From an uncultured Granulicella sp. (GTDB lineage Bacteria; Acidobacteriota; Terriglobia; Terriglobales; Acidobacteriaceae): DNA of 64,000 bases. The notes under the pieces were generated by a model. That model worked only from the letters and a program-made list of their open reading frames with translations. It searched no databases and was not told the DNA's origin. Each line of letters opens with the position of its first letter. Within the stretch, counting starts at the first letter, position 1. The stretch spans positions 1,098,212-1,162,211 of the forward strand of contig OY843766.1 in NCBI GenBank assembly GCA_963693065.1, in the 5' to 3' direction. A program made the translations under genes and the position numbers. This document shows, piece after piece, positions 1 to 9,961 of this stretch.

Positions 1-2846
1 TCCTCCACCGCCCGCGCCCCGAACGCCTGGACCGCATCCCAGCTCAGCGCCTGCCGCAACGCCTCGGTCAGCGGCTGCAACTGCATCCGCCCCAAGGCCT
101 CATCCACACTCGCAACCCCACCACCCCCCAGCGAGTCCGCCAATCGGTCCCACGGCTTCTCTGCCGTCGACTGCAGCTCCCGCCAATCCAGCAGCACGAC
201 ATATTGATACCCGCGCAGCGGCAGCGAAAGCCCCCGACCCACCACATCCCCCGTCCGCCGCAAGTACTCCAGCCCAGAAACGGTATCCCGATAAGCCACC
301 ACCGCCCCACCCCTGTCCTCCAGCCCCAGCCCCTCCGCCAGGCTCCGCTCCTTCATCTGCCCACTGGCTTTCTCTACACTCGCCGCCGATACATGCAGCG
401 TCCCCCGCGTCTCCCCATAAGCATTGTTGTAGACAATAATCGACCGATCCCCCTCCCACCGATTCGAGTAAGCGAACACGTTCTCATCCACCGTCCCACC
501 GTCGGTCCAGAAGTCGTACAGCAAAAAGTTCTCACTCTCCGCAAACTGCTTGCGCCGCTTCAGCAAAGGCGCAATCTCCCGCTGATGCCGCCCGATCAGC
601 CAATCGTTCGGCGTCTCCTTCTCTTTCGCCTGCTTGTACTCCATCCCATACCGCTCTTTGAAACCCTCCACCTGCCCATGCGAGAACATCGGCAGCCCCG
701 GCAGCGTAGCCAGCAGTGTGCAGCACCCAAAAAACTTGTCGCCATCCCCAAACTGATCGATCGCAGTACGCTCATCAGGATTGCTCATAAAGTTCACGTA
801 ACGCTTTAAGATATCCGGATCGAACTCCACCGTCTTCTTCAAATAACTCCGGTACTTCGCATTCTCCTCATCCCGCAGCATATTCATAAACGCCGAGTTG
901 TAAACCCGGTGCATCCCCAGCGTCCGCACAAAATACCCTTCAAGCAACCAGAAAGCCTCCGCTAGTAGCAGCGTTCCCGGCACCTCCACCGCCACCCGGT
1001 CCACCACCTCGCGCCAGAACTCCACCGGCATCAACGCCTCAAACTCCTCCTGCGAGATCGCATCCTCCGCCCGTGACGGAATACTTCCCCCCGCCCCAGG
1101 CAGTGGAAACCACAGCCGCTGTACATGCCGTTTCGCCAGCACCATCGCCGCGTCGAACCGGATAATCGGAAACAGCCGTGCCACATACAGGATCGTCTGC
1201 ATCACCTGTTCCCGCACCGCCGCCTTGCTATAGTCGAGCTGCGCCGTATCGTTCCACGCAAACGTCGTCCCATCATTGCCGTGATACATGAACTTCGTGG
1301 AGCCATCTCTATGATTCCGCACCCGAAACGCCACCGCAGCATCCGTCTGGTCGTAGTAGTGGTCCTCGATCTTGATCTCGACCCGGCTATCGCTTGAAAG
1401 GTCCGGCCCCTCAAACGTATAAACCGGAAACGGACTCTCCGCCCGCCACAAGAACCAGTCCGGATGCTCAATCACCCAATCCGAATCGATTCCCATATGG
1501 TTCGGCACCATATCGCTCGCCAGCCGGATCCCAAACCGCCCCGCCCGGTCCCGCAGCCCTTCGTACCCGGTATTCCCCCCCAGGTCCTCGGCGATCCTGT
1601 ACTCCTTCAAGCTGTAGGCGGAAGCCACCGCATCTGCATGCCCGCGCAGCCGCTTGATCGTCTGTGAAGCCACACTCCGCTCCCACAGCCCGATCAGCCA
1701 CAGCGCCGTCATACCCCGGTCCGCCATCAGCCGCAACTCTTCATCCGGTATCTGATCCAGCCGATGAATATGCCGCCCGTACTTCTGGCTCAACTGTTCC
1801 AGCCAAACATAAGTACTCTTCGCCAGCATCACGACATTCGGCATCCACGCCTGGTCCACGCTGAAAGCCTCGTATTCATTCAGCGGAGCTTGATAATCCT
1901 CGCTATAAAGCTTGCCCCCCCGCACTCGCCGCTTCCCCCCATCCCGCGCGACGAAGTACCCCCCAAACTCATCCCACCCATCAAACTGCCGCTCAAACCC
2001 GACATATTCATCCCCGACAAAACCCTCACCCCCACCCCCCGGCGCCTGGTGCCGGTACCTGTCCGGCCCTGCAGGATTGAACCGCATCCAGATCGCCACA
2101 TCCTCTTCCCGAATCGTATCCACTGCCAGCAGAACCCGTTTCAGCTCCGCCGCTCCCTCCCCGCCCAGCTCGTCGATCCAGTTCTCCCGAATAAAATCCA
2201 GCTGTCCGGTCAGCGAGTCCGGCGACGCCAGCGCCGGCGCCATCAGCGCATCCAGCAGCGTCCCCACCTTCTCCGCAACCCGCGGCCGCGTTTCGAAATA
2301 AGCCGGCAGCTTCGCCTCCACCGTCGCGTAAACCGTCCCCTGCCGCACCCCATCGTCGGCAAACAATTCCCGATAAGCTTGAAACGCCGGGTTCCGGTTC
2401 GCCAGCCAAAGCATCATCAGTTCCTCGAGCGCCGCCTCTCGGTTCGCCAGCCCATCCGTCGTCCCCGCCAGCCACTCCCCCGCCGTCTCTTCCCCGCGAT
2501 ACACCGCCACACTCGGAAACTCCGTCTGAAACCGCAGCAGCAGCGCGTCCACCTGCGCATCACCAGCCACTCCCGCAAACCATCGCAGCGCCTCCCGCAG
2601 CACCTCCGGGTCGGTCTCCTTGCGATACTTCGCCATCAGCGCATGGTTCAGCTCATCGATCAGCCCCATCGCGAACAGCGCTCCCGCGTTCACCGGCGCT
2701 CCACCCTCACCCCGTGCCTCGGTCAGCTTCGCCGCCAGCTTCCGGCTCGCCGCCACATTCCCAAAAACCACATCTCCCGTATAGCGAAACAGCGTCTCGT
2801 CCAAATCCAGCCGATCCCGTACTTCACGAGCGATGTGAAACTCCAT
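1..2846 (-). CDS. alpha-amylase family (GH13) glycoside hydrolase; C-terminus lies beyond window start
   Basis: Absent from the ORF track because there is no stop in the window. Hand translation of the minus strand from the ATG at 2846-2844 stays open for 948 codons to position 1. GH13 signature regions are present: GIRLASDMVPNHMG (region I), IIRFDAAMVLAKRH (region II, nucleophile Asp), LLLAEAFW (region III, Glu) and YVNFMSNPDE (region IV, with Pro where His is usual). Confidence 0.8.
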   Translation of the reverse strand, partial: MEFHIAREVRDRLDLDETLFRYTGDVVFGNVAASRKLAAKLTEARGEGGAPVNAGALFAMGLIDELNHALMAKYRKETDPEVLREALRWFAGVAGDAQVDALLLRFQTEFPSVAVYRGEETAGEWLAGTTDGLANREAALEELMMLWLANRNPAFQAYRELFADDGVRQGTVYATVEAKLPAYFETRPRVAEKVGTLLDALMAPALASPDSLTGQLDFIRENWIDELGGEGAAELKRVLLAVDTIREEDVAIWMRFNPAGPDRYRHQAPGGGGEGFVGDEYVGFERQFDGWDEFGGYFVARDGGKRRVRGGKLYSEDYQAPLNEYEAFSVDQAWMPNVVMLAKSTYVWLEQLSQKYGRHIHRLDQIPDEELRLMADRGMTALWLIGLWERSVASQTIKRLRGHADAVASAYSLKEYRIAEDLGGNTGYEGLRDRAGRFGIRLASDMVPNHMGIDSDWVIEHPDWFLWRAESPFPVYTFEGPDLSSDSRVEIKIEDHYYDQTDAAVAFRVRNHRDGSTKFMYHGNDGTTFAWNDTAQLDYSKAAVREQVMQTILYVARLFPIIRFDAAMVLAKRHVQRLWFPLPGAGGSIPSRAEDAISQEEFEALMPVEFWREVVDRVAVEVPGTLLLAEAFWLLEGYFVRTLGMHRVYNSAFMNMLRDEENAKYRSYLKKTVEFDPDILKRYVNFMSNPDERTAIDQFGDGDKFFGCCTLLATLPGLPMFSHGQVEGFKERYGMEYKQAKEKETPNDWLIGRHQREIAPLLKRRKQFAESENFLLYDFWTDGGTVDENVFAYSNRWEGDRSIIVYNNAYGETRGTLHVSAASVEKASGQMKERSLAEGLGLEDRGGAVVAYRDTVSGLEYLRRTGDVVGRGLSLPLRGYQYVVLLDWRELQSTAEKPWDRLADSLGGGGVASVDEALGRMQLQPLTEALRQALSWDAVQAFGARAVE

Positions 2847-3007
2847 GCAGACCCCTTTACATATCGTCTAAATTCAAATCAAACGGTCTACCCATCCTAA
2901 CCGCAGCCCGTCTTTGCGGTTCGACTCCCCATCACCGCCTCAGGATGCCTCGCCCTCCGCACTCTCTCGACCATCCACACAGTCCGCAAACCGTCTAAAC
3001 TGGCACT

Positions 3008-5641
3008 ATGGCTTTTCTCCGCCTTTGCCTCACCGCCGCGCTCCTCACCACCGCCGCCGCCGCCCAGGCACGCTTTGACCTCGCCGGCCCCACCATCGAT
3101 ATCCGCGTCACCCGCGGCGCCACCACCCTCCCCATCGCCGCCGTCCCCAACCTCCAGCCCGGCGACACCCTTTGGCTCCATCCCGCTCTCCCCCCCACCC
3201 AGTCCGTCCATTACCTCCTCATCGCCGTCTTCCTCCGCGGCACCACCAACCCACCCCCCGCCAACTGGTTCACCCGCATTGAAACCTGGGACAAAAAAGT
3301 CCGCGAAGAAGGCACCACCCTCACCGTCCCACCCGACGCCCAGCAAGCCATCCTCTTCCTCGCACCGGAGACCGGCGGCGACTTCGCCACCCTACGCTCC
3401 GCCGTCCAGGGTCGACCCGGCGTTTTTGTCCGCGCCTCTCAGGACCTCACCGAGGCCGGCTTCGAGCAAGCCCGCATCGACGCCTACCTCGAAGCCATCA
3501 AGCGCGTCCCCCCCACAGACCCCGCCGCCCTCCAGAAACATTCCGACCTCCTCGCCCGCACCCTCGCCCTCCGCCCCAACCCCGACTGCTTCAAGCGACC
3601 ACCCGACCAGCAATACACCTGCCTCACCCAGACCGGCACCGCCTCCCTCCTTGACGACGGCCACGCCCAGACTCTCCTCTCCGCCCTCTCCAACGGCTCC
3701 GGCTCCGACTTCATCAACCAGGCCTCCTACACCCGCCTCGCCGGTGCCGGCAACTATTCCGCCTACGTCGGCGCCATCGTCGATTTCGCCCGCATCCTCT
3801 CCACCATCCACACCGCCCAGTACCAGTACATCCCCGCCCTCGCCATCCCAAAAGAAGAAGCGCTCAACCTGCGCTTGAATACTCCCCCTTCATTCCATAA
3901 TCCCAAATCCGTCATCGTCATCGGCCTCCCCGCCATCCAGACAGCAGTCCCCCCACCTCTCCGCCCCGCTGAACCAGACCACATCTCCTGCCTTCTCGAC
4001 CCACGGACCGTCCTCCCCATCACAGGCGCCCCCCTCGTCTTCACCACAGCCTTCGCCCATGACCTCACCCTCCACATCGCCACGCCCACCCCCCACGACG
4101 TCCCCCTCACCCCCGATGCCTACAGCGGCGGCCTCGCCATCGCTCCCGCCCTGCCCACCCGCAAGGAACTCCCCCTCCAACCCGTAAACCTCGGCCAGAA
4201 CACATCGGCCACATCACGCCAGACCGAGACCATCCTCCCGAAACCACTCACCTCCGCCCTCACCGGTACCATTGAGGGCTCTTGGGGCTTCGACCACTTC
4301 ACCGGGCCCACCGTCCTTCTCCAGCAGACCCCCGGCCAGAACTGGCACCTCGTCGATGCCGCCGCCACCCTCATCGCCGGCCAGCCCAATCACCTCGAAA
4401 TCCTCTCCACCGGCACTGCATGCGTCCAGTCCATCGCAGCCGAACCCGAAAAGCAAACCCTCACCTACACTCTCGCCACGCCCAAAACTCCCTCCGGCAC
4501 CCAGCCCGGCACCGTCCTGCCCGGCACCATCGAACCCGGCACCATCGAACCAATAGACCTCACCCTAAACCTCCAGCACACCACCACGCCCGGCGCCATC
4601 CAGCTCGCCATCCAGCAGTTCGGCCAGAAGCTCCCCGACCACCTCGAAACCAGGACCTTCGCCCAGCCCGCCCGCATCGACACCCTGACCCTCCACGCCG
4701 GCGACCCCACCGCCACCCTCACCGGCACTTCCCTAGATCAGGTCGCCACCATCACCATCCAATCCACCACCTACACCCCCACCCCAGCCGACCCTGACAG
4801 CTTCATCACCACCACCCCGCCCCCCTTCAAACTAGCCGACAAGCTCACCGCCGAGATCCACCTCAAAGACGGCCGCACCCTTCCCATCACCACCACCGTC
4901 CTGCCTGAACGCCCTGTCGTGACCCTCCTCTCCCGCCGCGCCGTCCTCCCCACTCCCTCGCCCATCCAGCTCACCAGCCCCGCCGACCTCCCTCTCGGAG
5001 CCACCCTCCGCTTCTTCCTCAAATCCAGAACCCCCTTCCCCCGCACCGGCGAAATCGAAATCGCCAACGCCGATTCCTCTCTCCACACCACCCTCACCCT
5101 CCCCGCCGGCACCCTCATCCTGCAGGATCCCCACACCCTCCTCGCCACCTTCGACCCCCTCAAACTCTTCGGCCCCTCCACCTTCGGCCCCTTCCGCTTC
5201 CGCGCCATCCTCCCCAACGAAAGAGAATCCCAGCCCGAAAAACCAGAAAAGAACGAAAAAGATAAAGCCGACAAATCAGCAAAGCTCCCACCATCCCCCA
5301 CCCCCGAGCCTACCAACACCGGCGAATGGCTCCCCCTCGCCACCATCGTCCGCCTCCCCACCCTGACCTCCCTCACCTGCCCGCCACCTCCCACCCCCGC
5401 CGCACTCGCCGCACTCGCCGCCGCCACCCCACCCACCCCCTGCATCCTTACCGGCGACAACCTCTACCTCCTCGATTCCATCGCCCCCACCCTCGCCTTC
5501 ACCCAACCCACCCAGGTCCCCGAAGGCGACATTGACCCCACCCTACCCCTCGCCCGTCCCCCCACTGCCACCTTCTACCTCAAGCTCCGCGACGACCCCA
5601 CCACAACCCACACCGCCACCCTCCCCCAAACCAAACCCTGA
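3008..5641 (+). CDS. hypothetical secreted Pro/Thr-rich protein (877 aa)
   Basis: Longest ORF in the region. It has a signal-peptide-like N-terminus (MAFLRLCLTAALLTTAAAAQA). Overlapping ORFs are low-complexity shadow frames. It contains an internal PGTIEPGTIEP repeat and a charged linker (EKPEKNEKDKADKSAK). I recognise no domain. Confidence 0.6.
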   Translation: MAFLRLCLTAALLTTAAAAQARFDLAGPTIDIRVTRGATTLPIAAVPNLQPGDTLWLHPALPPTQSVHYLLIAVFLRGTTNPPPANWFTRIETWDKKVREEGTTLTVPPDAQQAILFLAPETGGDFATLRSAVQGRPGVFVRASQDLTEAGFEQARIDAYLEAIKRVPPTDPAALQKHSDLLARTLALRPNPDCFKRPPDQQYTCLTQTGTASLLDDGHAQTLLSALSNGSGSDFINQASYTRLAGAGNYSAYVGAIVDFARILSTIHTAQYQYIPALAIPKEEALNLRLNTPPSFHNPKSVIVIGLPAIQTAVPPPLRPAEPDHISCLLDPRTVLPITGAPLVFTTAFAHDLTLHIATPTPHDVPLTPDAYSGGLAIAPALPTRKELPLQPVNLGQNTSATSRQTETILPKPLTSALTGTIEGSWGFDHFTGPTVLLQQTPGQNWHLVDAAATLIAGQPNHLEILSTGTACVQSIAAEPEKQTLTYTLATPKTPSGTQPGTVLPGTIEPGTIEPIDLTLNLQHTTTPGAIQLAIQQFGQKLPDHLETRTFAQPARIDTLTLHAGDPTATLTGTSLDQVATITIQSTTYTPTPADPDSFITTTPPPFKLADKLTAEIHLKDGRTLPITTTVLPERPVVTLLSRRAVLPTPSPIQLTSPADLPLGATLRFFLKSRTPFPRTGEIEIANADSSLHTTLTLPAGTLILQDPHTLLATFDPLKLFGPSTFGPFRFRAILPNERESQPEKPEKNEKDKADKSAKLPPSPTPEPTNTGEWLPLATIVRLPTLTSLTCPPPPTPAALAALAAATPPTPCILTGDNLYLLDSIAPTLAFTQPTQVPEGDIDPTLPLARPPTATFYLKLRDDPTTTHTATLPQTKP

Positions 5642-5654
5642 AAGCTTTTGGACT

Positions 5655-6025
5655 AATGGCTTATGAAGTAGGTCCGGCCTTAGGCGGTGTCTGACAATCT
5701 TTGGTGCCGTTGTTTGCTTCTGAGATAGGTCCGGGCTTAGGTAGCGTCTGACGAATCGCGGATGCCGTTCGTTTTTGCTTCTGAGATAGGTCCGGGCTTA
5801 AGTAGCGTCTGACGAATCGCGGATGCCGTTCGTTTTTGCTTCTGAGATAGGTCCGGGCTTAGGTAGCGTCCGACGAATCGCGGATGCCGTTCGTTCTTGC
5901 TTCTGAGATAGGTCCGGGCTTTAGCCCGGACATTCAAACTTACCGACTAGGCGGGCTTTAGCCCCTGGGATTTGCTGTTTTCTGAATTCCATCGGGCTCC
6001 AAAAGATTCGTCAGAAACAACTCAG
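5655..6025 (+). repeat. tandem array, repeat family R1 (61-bp unit, about 5 units plus terminal module)
   Basis: The anchor GCTTCTGAGATAGG occurs at 5716, 5777, 5838 and 5899, an exact 61-bp period, with a degenerate unit from about 5655. The last unit forms the hairpin GTCCGGGC-TTTA-GCCCGGAC. The terminal module ends in GATTCGTCAGA, the reverse complement of the unit core TCTGACGAATC. Confidence 0.9.
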
Positions 6026-6709
6026 TGCCGCTGCTCAAAAATCAAAAGCTGATTCTGCGCATCGATAAACCCATGCCCAGGCTGATAGATCAGCGACCAG
6101 CGGTCCCTCCCCAGCGTCACCGTATAGACCCGGCTGTCAGCGTCGAAAAGCACCCACTTTCCGCTCTCCCCGTTCGTAGTCGTAATCGTCCCATCCGCCG
6201 CAAACTTAGCAACCCCATGGTCAACGGTTCCGTTCTTAACCGCATACACCCCCACCACCGAGGGTGCCGCCCCCGTCGCGGCACCAAACGACACCGCTCC
6301 CGTCGCCTCAATCGTATAGTGAACCGTCTGCCGCACAAGCTGCCCCGGAGGAGGAGTCACCGCAACCTCCAGTCGCGAACCCTTTACCGCCGTCCCCGTC
6401 CAGGTCGTCCCCCCGGGGGAAATCCACCGAAGCCGCCAGGTTCGCGCCCGGCACCTTTGGCTTGAAACCCGCGAACATGTGCGTTACCCCGCCAGTATTG
6501 AACCCCTCCTGCCGGTCCCCATAGTGGAAGGTCATCTTAAACGGTCCCGGCCCCACCGTCAGCACCCAGAACTGGTTACCCCCAAAGCTGTCGATCGTCG
6601 CCTCGTTGGCCCCCGTATGCTACGGAGCCGGATCGTCAATCTTCAAAGACTGCCCGGAAACATCCGCAGCGAGCGACAACAGCGCCATAAAGAGAATCCG
6701 ATTCAACAT
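6022..6709 (-). pseudogene. disrupted gene for a small secreted protein (in-frame TAG plus frameshift)
   Basis: The ATG at 6709 encodes a signal peptide (MLNRILFMALLSLAADVSGQS) and meets an in-frame TAG at 6622-6620. The same frame continues as the 85-aa ORF 6308..6565. The protein-like reading then moves to the frame of ORF 6022..6360, most plausibly at the C5G6 run near 6410-6420. Confidence 0.5.
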
Positions 6710-6798
6710 GTACGCCTCACAAGGGAAAGTTGAACAAACGATCTTATTGCGATTCGCCTCAAAGGTTATGTCGTCTCTTCACATCAACCGCTACAGAA

Positions 6799-6826
6799 GC
6801 AGAGGCCCAATAACCCGAGCCTCTGC
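6799..6826 (-). terminator. hairpin downstream of the permease gene
   Basis: GCAGAGGC-12 nt-GCCTCTGC gives a perfect 8-bp stem, starting 18 nt after the stop of the minus-strand permease (6844). On the minus strand it is followed by TTCTGT, so the U-tract is weak. Confidence 0.4.
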
Positions 6827-6843
6827 GCGTTCTCGCATTGTAT

Positions 6844-8451
6844 CTACTCAACGCCGCCGGCCGCCAAACGCTGCTGCAACTTGCTATGCTTCCGGCTATA
6901 CCCAAAGTAAACAACCAGCCCGATCAGCAGCCACACCACCAGCCGAATCCAGTTCGCGCCACCCAGCTTCACCATCATGTAGCCATTGAACAGGATGCCC
7001 AGTATCGGCACCAGCGGAACCAGCGGCGTCCGGAACGGCCGAGCCCGGTCCGGATCTTTCTTGCGCAGCACCATGATCGAGATACACACAATCACAAACG
7101 CAAACAGCGTCCCGATATTTACCATCTTCCCGATATCATCGATCGGCGTCACAGAGCCAACAACCGCGGCCAGCACGCCCGCCAGGATCGTTCCCTTCCA
7201 GGGCGTCCGGAACCGGGGATGAATGTCGGCAAAAAAGCCTTTCGGCAACAAGCCATCCTTCGCCATCGAGTACAGCACCCGGCTCTGCCCCAGCAGCATC
7301 ACCAGCATCACACTCGTCAGCCCCGCAAGGCTGCCGATCGTGATCACATTCGCTGCTGTGTGCAGGTTCCTATCCAGAAACGCCCGCACAATCGGCGCTT
7401 CGATATTCACATCTTTCCAGTACACCATTCCCGTCAAAACCGCCGCAATGCCGATATACAGCAACGTGCAGATACTCAACGACAGAATGATTCCAATCGG
7501 CATATCCCGCTGCGGATTTTTCGCCTCTTGCGCCGTTGTAGACACTGCATCGAACCCGATGTAAGAGAAGAAAATCAAGCCCGCCGCCAAACCAATCCCG
7601 CCAAAGCCCGTGGGCGCAAACTGATGCCAGTCACTACCCCAGTTGGCCTTGTTCACGTAGTGCGATCCAAGCCCAAGCACAAACAGAACAACCGCCACCT
7701 TCACCACAACGATACCGGCATTGAACTTCGCCGATTCCTTGATCCCGATCACCAGAACTGTCGTGATCAGCAGCGCAATCAAAAACGCCGGAAGATTCCA
7801 GCCAAGCTCCACACCACCAATCGTGGGCGCGTTCAGCAAAGCATGGGCCTGCGCGGTCTGCAACGCAGTCGGATGCGCCATCACCACACCCAGCGCATCG
7901 CTGAACGCTTTGGTCCCGCTCACCAGATCCGGATGTGCAACCGCCACATCATGCCGCGCCACAGCTTCGAAGGCTTTCTTCAAACCCGTCCAGTGGTCAT
8001 ACGCCAGCCACAACGGAAATTTCAGATGGAAGATCGCCAGAAACTCCACAAAGGTATTCGACCACCCTGAGCTAACCGTGCTTGCGCCCATCGCATATTC
8101 AAGCGTCAAGTCCCATCCGATAATCCATGCAAAAAGCTCACCCAGCGTCGCATACGCATAGGTATAAGCCGAACCCGCAAGCGGAATCATCGCCGCAAAT
8201 TCCGCATAGCAAAGTCCCGCGAACGCGCAGCCCAGTCCCGAAAGCACGAACGATAGCATCAAAGCGGGTCCCGCCGTCTGCGCCCCCAGCCCCGACAGCA
8301 CAAAGATCCCGGCCCCAATCACCGCGCCAATCCCGAGAGCGGTCAGTGAAAATGGCCCCAGCGACCGTTCCAGCGTCTGCGAACCATGTTCGTTCGCCTC
8401 AGCCATCAGCGTATTCATCGACTTCTTAGCAAACAACAAATTAGCCATCAA
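6844..8451 (-). CDS. APC-superfamily amino acid permease (cationic amino acid transporter-like)
   Basis: 535-aa polytopic membrane ORF. The N-terminal motif LGPFSLTALGIGAVIGAGIFVLSG is typical of APC/CAT permeases. Confidence 0.85.
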   Translation of the reverse strand: MMANLLFAKKSMNTLMAEANEHGSQTLERSLGPFSLTALGIGAVIGAGIFVLSGLGAQTAGPALMLSFVLSGLGCAFAGLCYAEFAAMIPLAGSAYTYAYATLGELFAWIIGWDLTLEYAMGASTVSSGWSNTFVEFLAIFHLKFPLWLAYDHWTGLKKAFEAVARHDVAVAHPDLVSGTKAFSDALGVVMAHPTALQTAQAHALLNAPTIGGVELGWNLPAFLIALLITTVLVIGIKESAKFNAGIVVVKVAVVLFVLGLGSHYVNKANWGSDWHQFAPTGFGGIGLAAGLIFFSYIGFDAVSTTAQEAKNPQRDMPIGIILSLSICTLLYIGIAAVLTGMVYWKDVNIEAPIVRAFLDRNLHTAANVITIGSLAGLTSVMLVMLLGQSRVLYSMAKDGLLPKGFFADIHPRFRTPWKGTILAGVLAAVVGSVTPIDDIGKMVNIGTLFAFVIVCISIMVLRKKDPDRARPFRTPLVPLVPILGILFNGYMMVKLGGANWIRLVVWLLIGLVVYFGYSRKHSKLQQRLAAGGVE

Positions 8452-8485
8452 CCCTCAGTCCCAAACCGTATTTGCTTACCAAGCA

Positions 8486-9949
8486 TCACTGACCACTTAC
8501 CACTGTCCCTTGCCTCTTCCAAAGCAGGTACACCGGCACGCCCAGCGCAACCAGGATCAACCCCGGCCACGTGTACTGTGGTTTGTAACGCAAGAGTACA
8601 ACAGAAATCCAGGAAGCCAGCACGATATAAACCGCCGGCAACACAGGATACCCAAACGCCTTATACGGACGAGCCATATCCGGCCGCGTCCGCCGCAGTC
8701 GGAACAACCCAAAAATCGTCAGAATATAAAACAGCAGCACCGCAAAAATCACGTAATCCAGCAAATTCCCATAGCTCCCGCTCAGACACAGGAGGCAAAT
8801 CCACCCCCACTGCACCCACAGCGAGTTCACCGGAACCCCCGTCCCGCTCAGCTTCCCCACCCCCGTGAAAAACAACCCATCCCGGCTCATAGCGTAGTAC
8901 ACCCGAGCCCCCGCCAGCAGCATCCCGTTCACACACCCAAACGTCGAAACCAGAATCGCCCCCGCCATCAGCTTTGCGCCCAGCGGCCCAAACGCCGCCT
9001 CCATCACCGCAGTCGCCACCCGGTCCTGCGGCGCATGCTGAATCCCACTCAGCGGCAGCACACTCAGGTAAACAAAATTACACGCGATATAAAGTAGCAG
9101 CACCACACCCGTCCCCAGCGCCAGGCTTAGTGGCAAATTCCGCTTCGGATTCTCGATCTCCCCCGCCGTAAACGTCACGTTGTTCCACGCATCGCTACTA
9201 AACAGAGACCCCACCTGCACCACCGCCACCACCGTCAACGCACTCACCAGCAGTGTCGGCCCATGCTCCCCAACTGTCACCGCGTGCGAGCCACTCGCCC
9301 CAGCCCAGAACTGATGCCACCCCGCACCAAAGTTCGCCGCCACCGCCGCCGCATTTTTCGCCACCAGCCCAACCCCCACCACCGCCATCAGCGCCAGCAC
9401 CTTCGCAGAAGTAAACACATTCTGCACCGCCGCCCCCAGCTTTACCCCAAACGTGTTCAGCACCGTCAGCAACGTAATTACCAAAATCGCCGCCAGATTA
9501 GCCGTGTTCAACCCAACATTCCCCGTCCCCACATGCCAGATCCACCGCGTCGCCGATACCCCCGGAAAGAACACCCCCAGAAACTTTCCAAACGCCACGC
9601 CCACCGCCGCAATCGTCCCCGTCTGGATCACCAGAAACAGCGTCCACCCATAAAGGAATCCCCAGATCGGACCCAACGCCTCCCGCAGATAAACATATTG
9701 CCCCCCCGCTTTCGGCATCATCGCCGCCAGCTCTCCATAGCTCAGCGCCCCAATCAGCGTCATCACCGCAGTCAACACCCAGGCCCCAATCAGCAGCGCG
9801 GGAGACTGTAAAGCCCGCGACATATCCGCCGACACAATAAAGATCCCCGACCCGATCATCGAGCCCATCACAATCGCCGTCGCCGAAAACAGCCCCATCC
9901 CCTGCACAAATCCCGGCCCAGCCTGCCCCTGCTGTTCTGAACTATTCAC
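8486..9949 (-). CDS. APC-superfamily amino acid permease (LAT/SteT-like)
   Basis: 487-aa polytopic ORF. The motif GLFSATAIVMGSMIGSGIFIVSADM is typical of the L-type amino acid transporter branch. Confidence 0.8.
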   Translation of the reverse strand: MNSSEQQGQAGPGFVQGMGLFSATAIVMGSMIGSGIFIVSADMSRALQSPALLIGAWVLTAVMTLIGALSYGELAAMMPKAGGQYVYLREALGPIWGFLYGWTLFLVIQTGTIAAVGVAFGKFLGVFFPGVSATRWIWHVGTGNVGLNTANLAAILVITLLTVLNTFGVKLGAAVQNVFTSAKVLALMAVVGVGLVAKNAAAVAANFGAGWHQFWAGASGSHAVTVGEHGPTLLVSALTVVAVVQVGSLFSSDAWNNVTFTAGEIENPKRNLPLSLALGTGVVLLLYIACNFVYLSVLPLSGIQHAPQDRVATAVMEAAFGPLGAKLMAGAILVSTFGCVNGMLLAGARVYYAMSRDGLFFTGVGKLSGTGVPVNSLWVQWGWICLLCLSGSYGNLLDYVIFAVLLFYILTIFGLFRLRRTRPDMARPYKAFGYPVLPAVYIVLASWISVVLLRYKPQYTWPGLILVALGVPVYLLWKRQGTVVSGQ

Positions 9950-9961
9950 GTTCCCCCCAAC

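Noticed and set aside
1764-2900. 378-aa plus-strand ORF, and similar long Arg/Pro/His-rich ORFs. Examples: 6838..8070, 10713..12281, 15460..16422, 33751..34764, 36589..37512, 38328..39221, 39339..40295, 42440..43288, 44708..45829, 56432..57703, 57749..58855 and 62444..63190.
   Set aside because: These are shadow ORFs antisense to, or out of frame with, well-supported genes in high-GC DNA. Their composition is low-complexity (R/P/H/Q runs) and I recognise no motifs in them.
3075-3878. 267-aa Pro/Ser/Thr-rich alternative-frame ORF inside the 877-aa gene.
   Set aside because: It overlaps the much longer ORF that carries a signal peptide. Its composition is the expected frame-shifted echo of a Pro/Thr-rich gene.
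5655-6025. Possible CRISPR array (also considered for 60730-61234).
   Set aside because: The units are directly contiguous with no unique spacers. Unit lengths of 61 and 97/98 bp do not fit a repeat-spacer architecture. No cas genes or leader are present.
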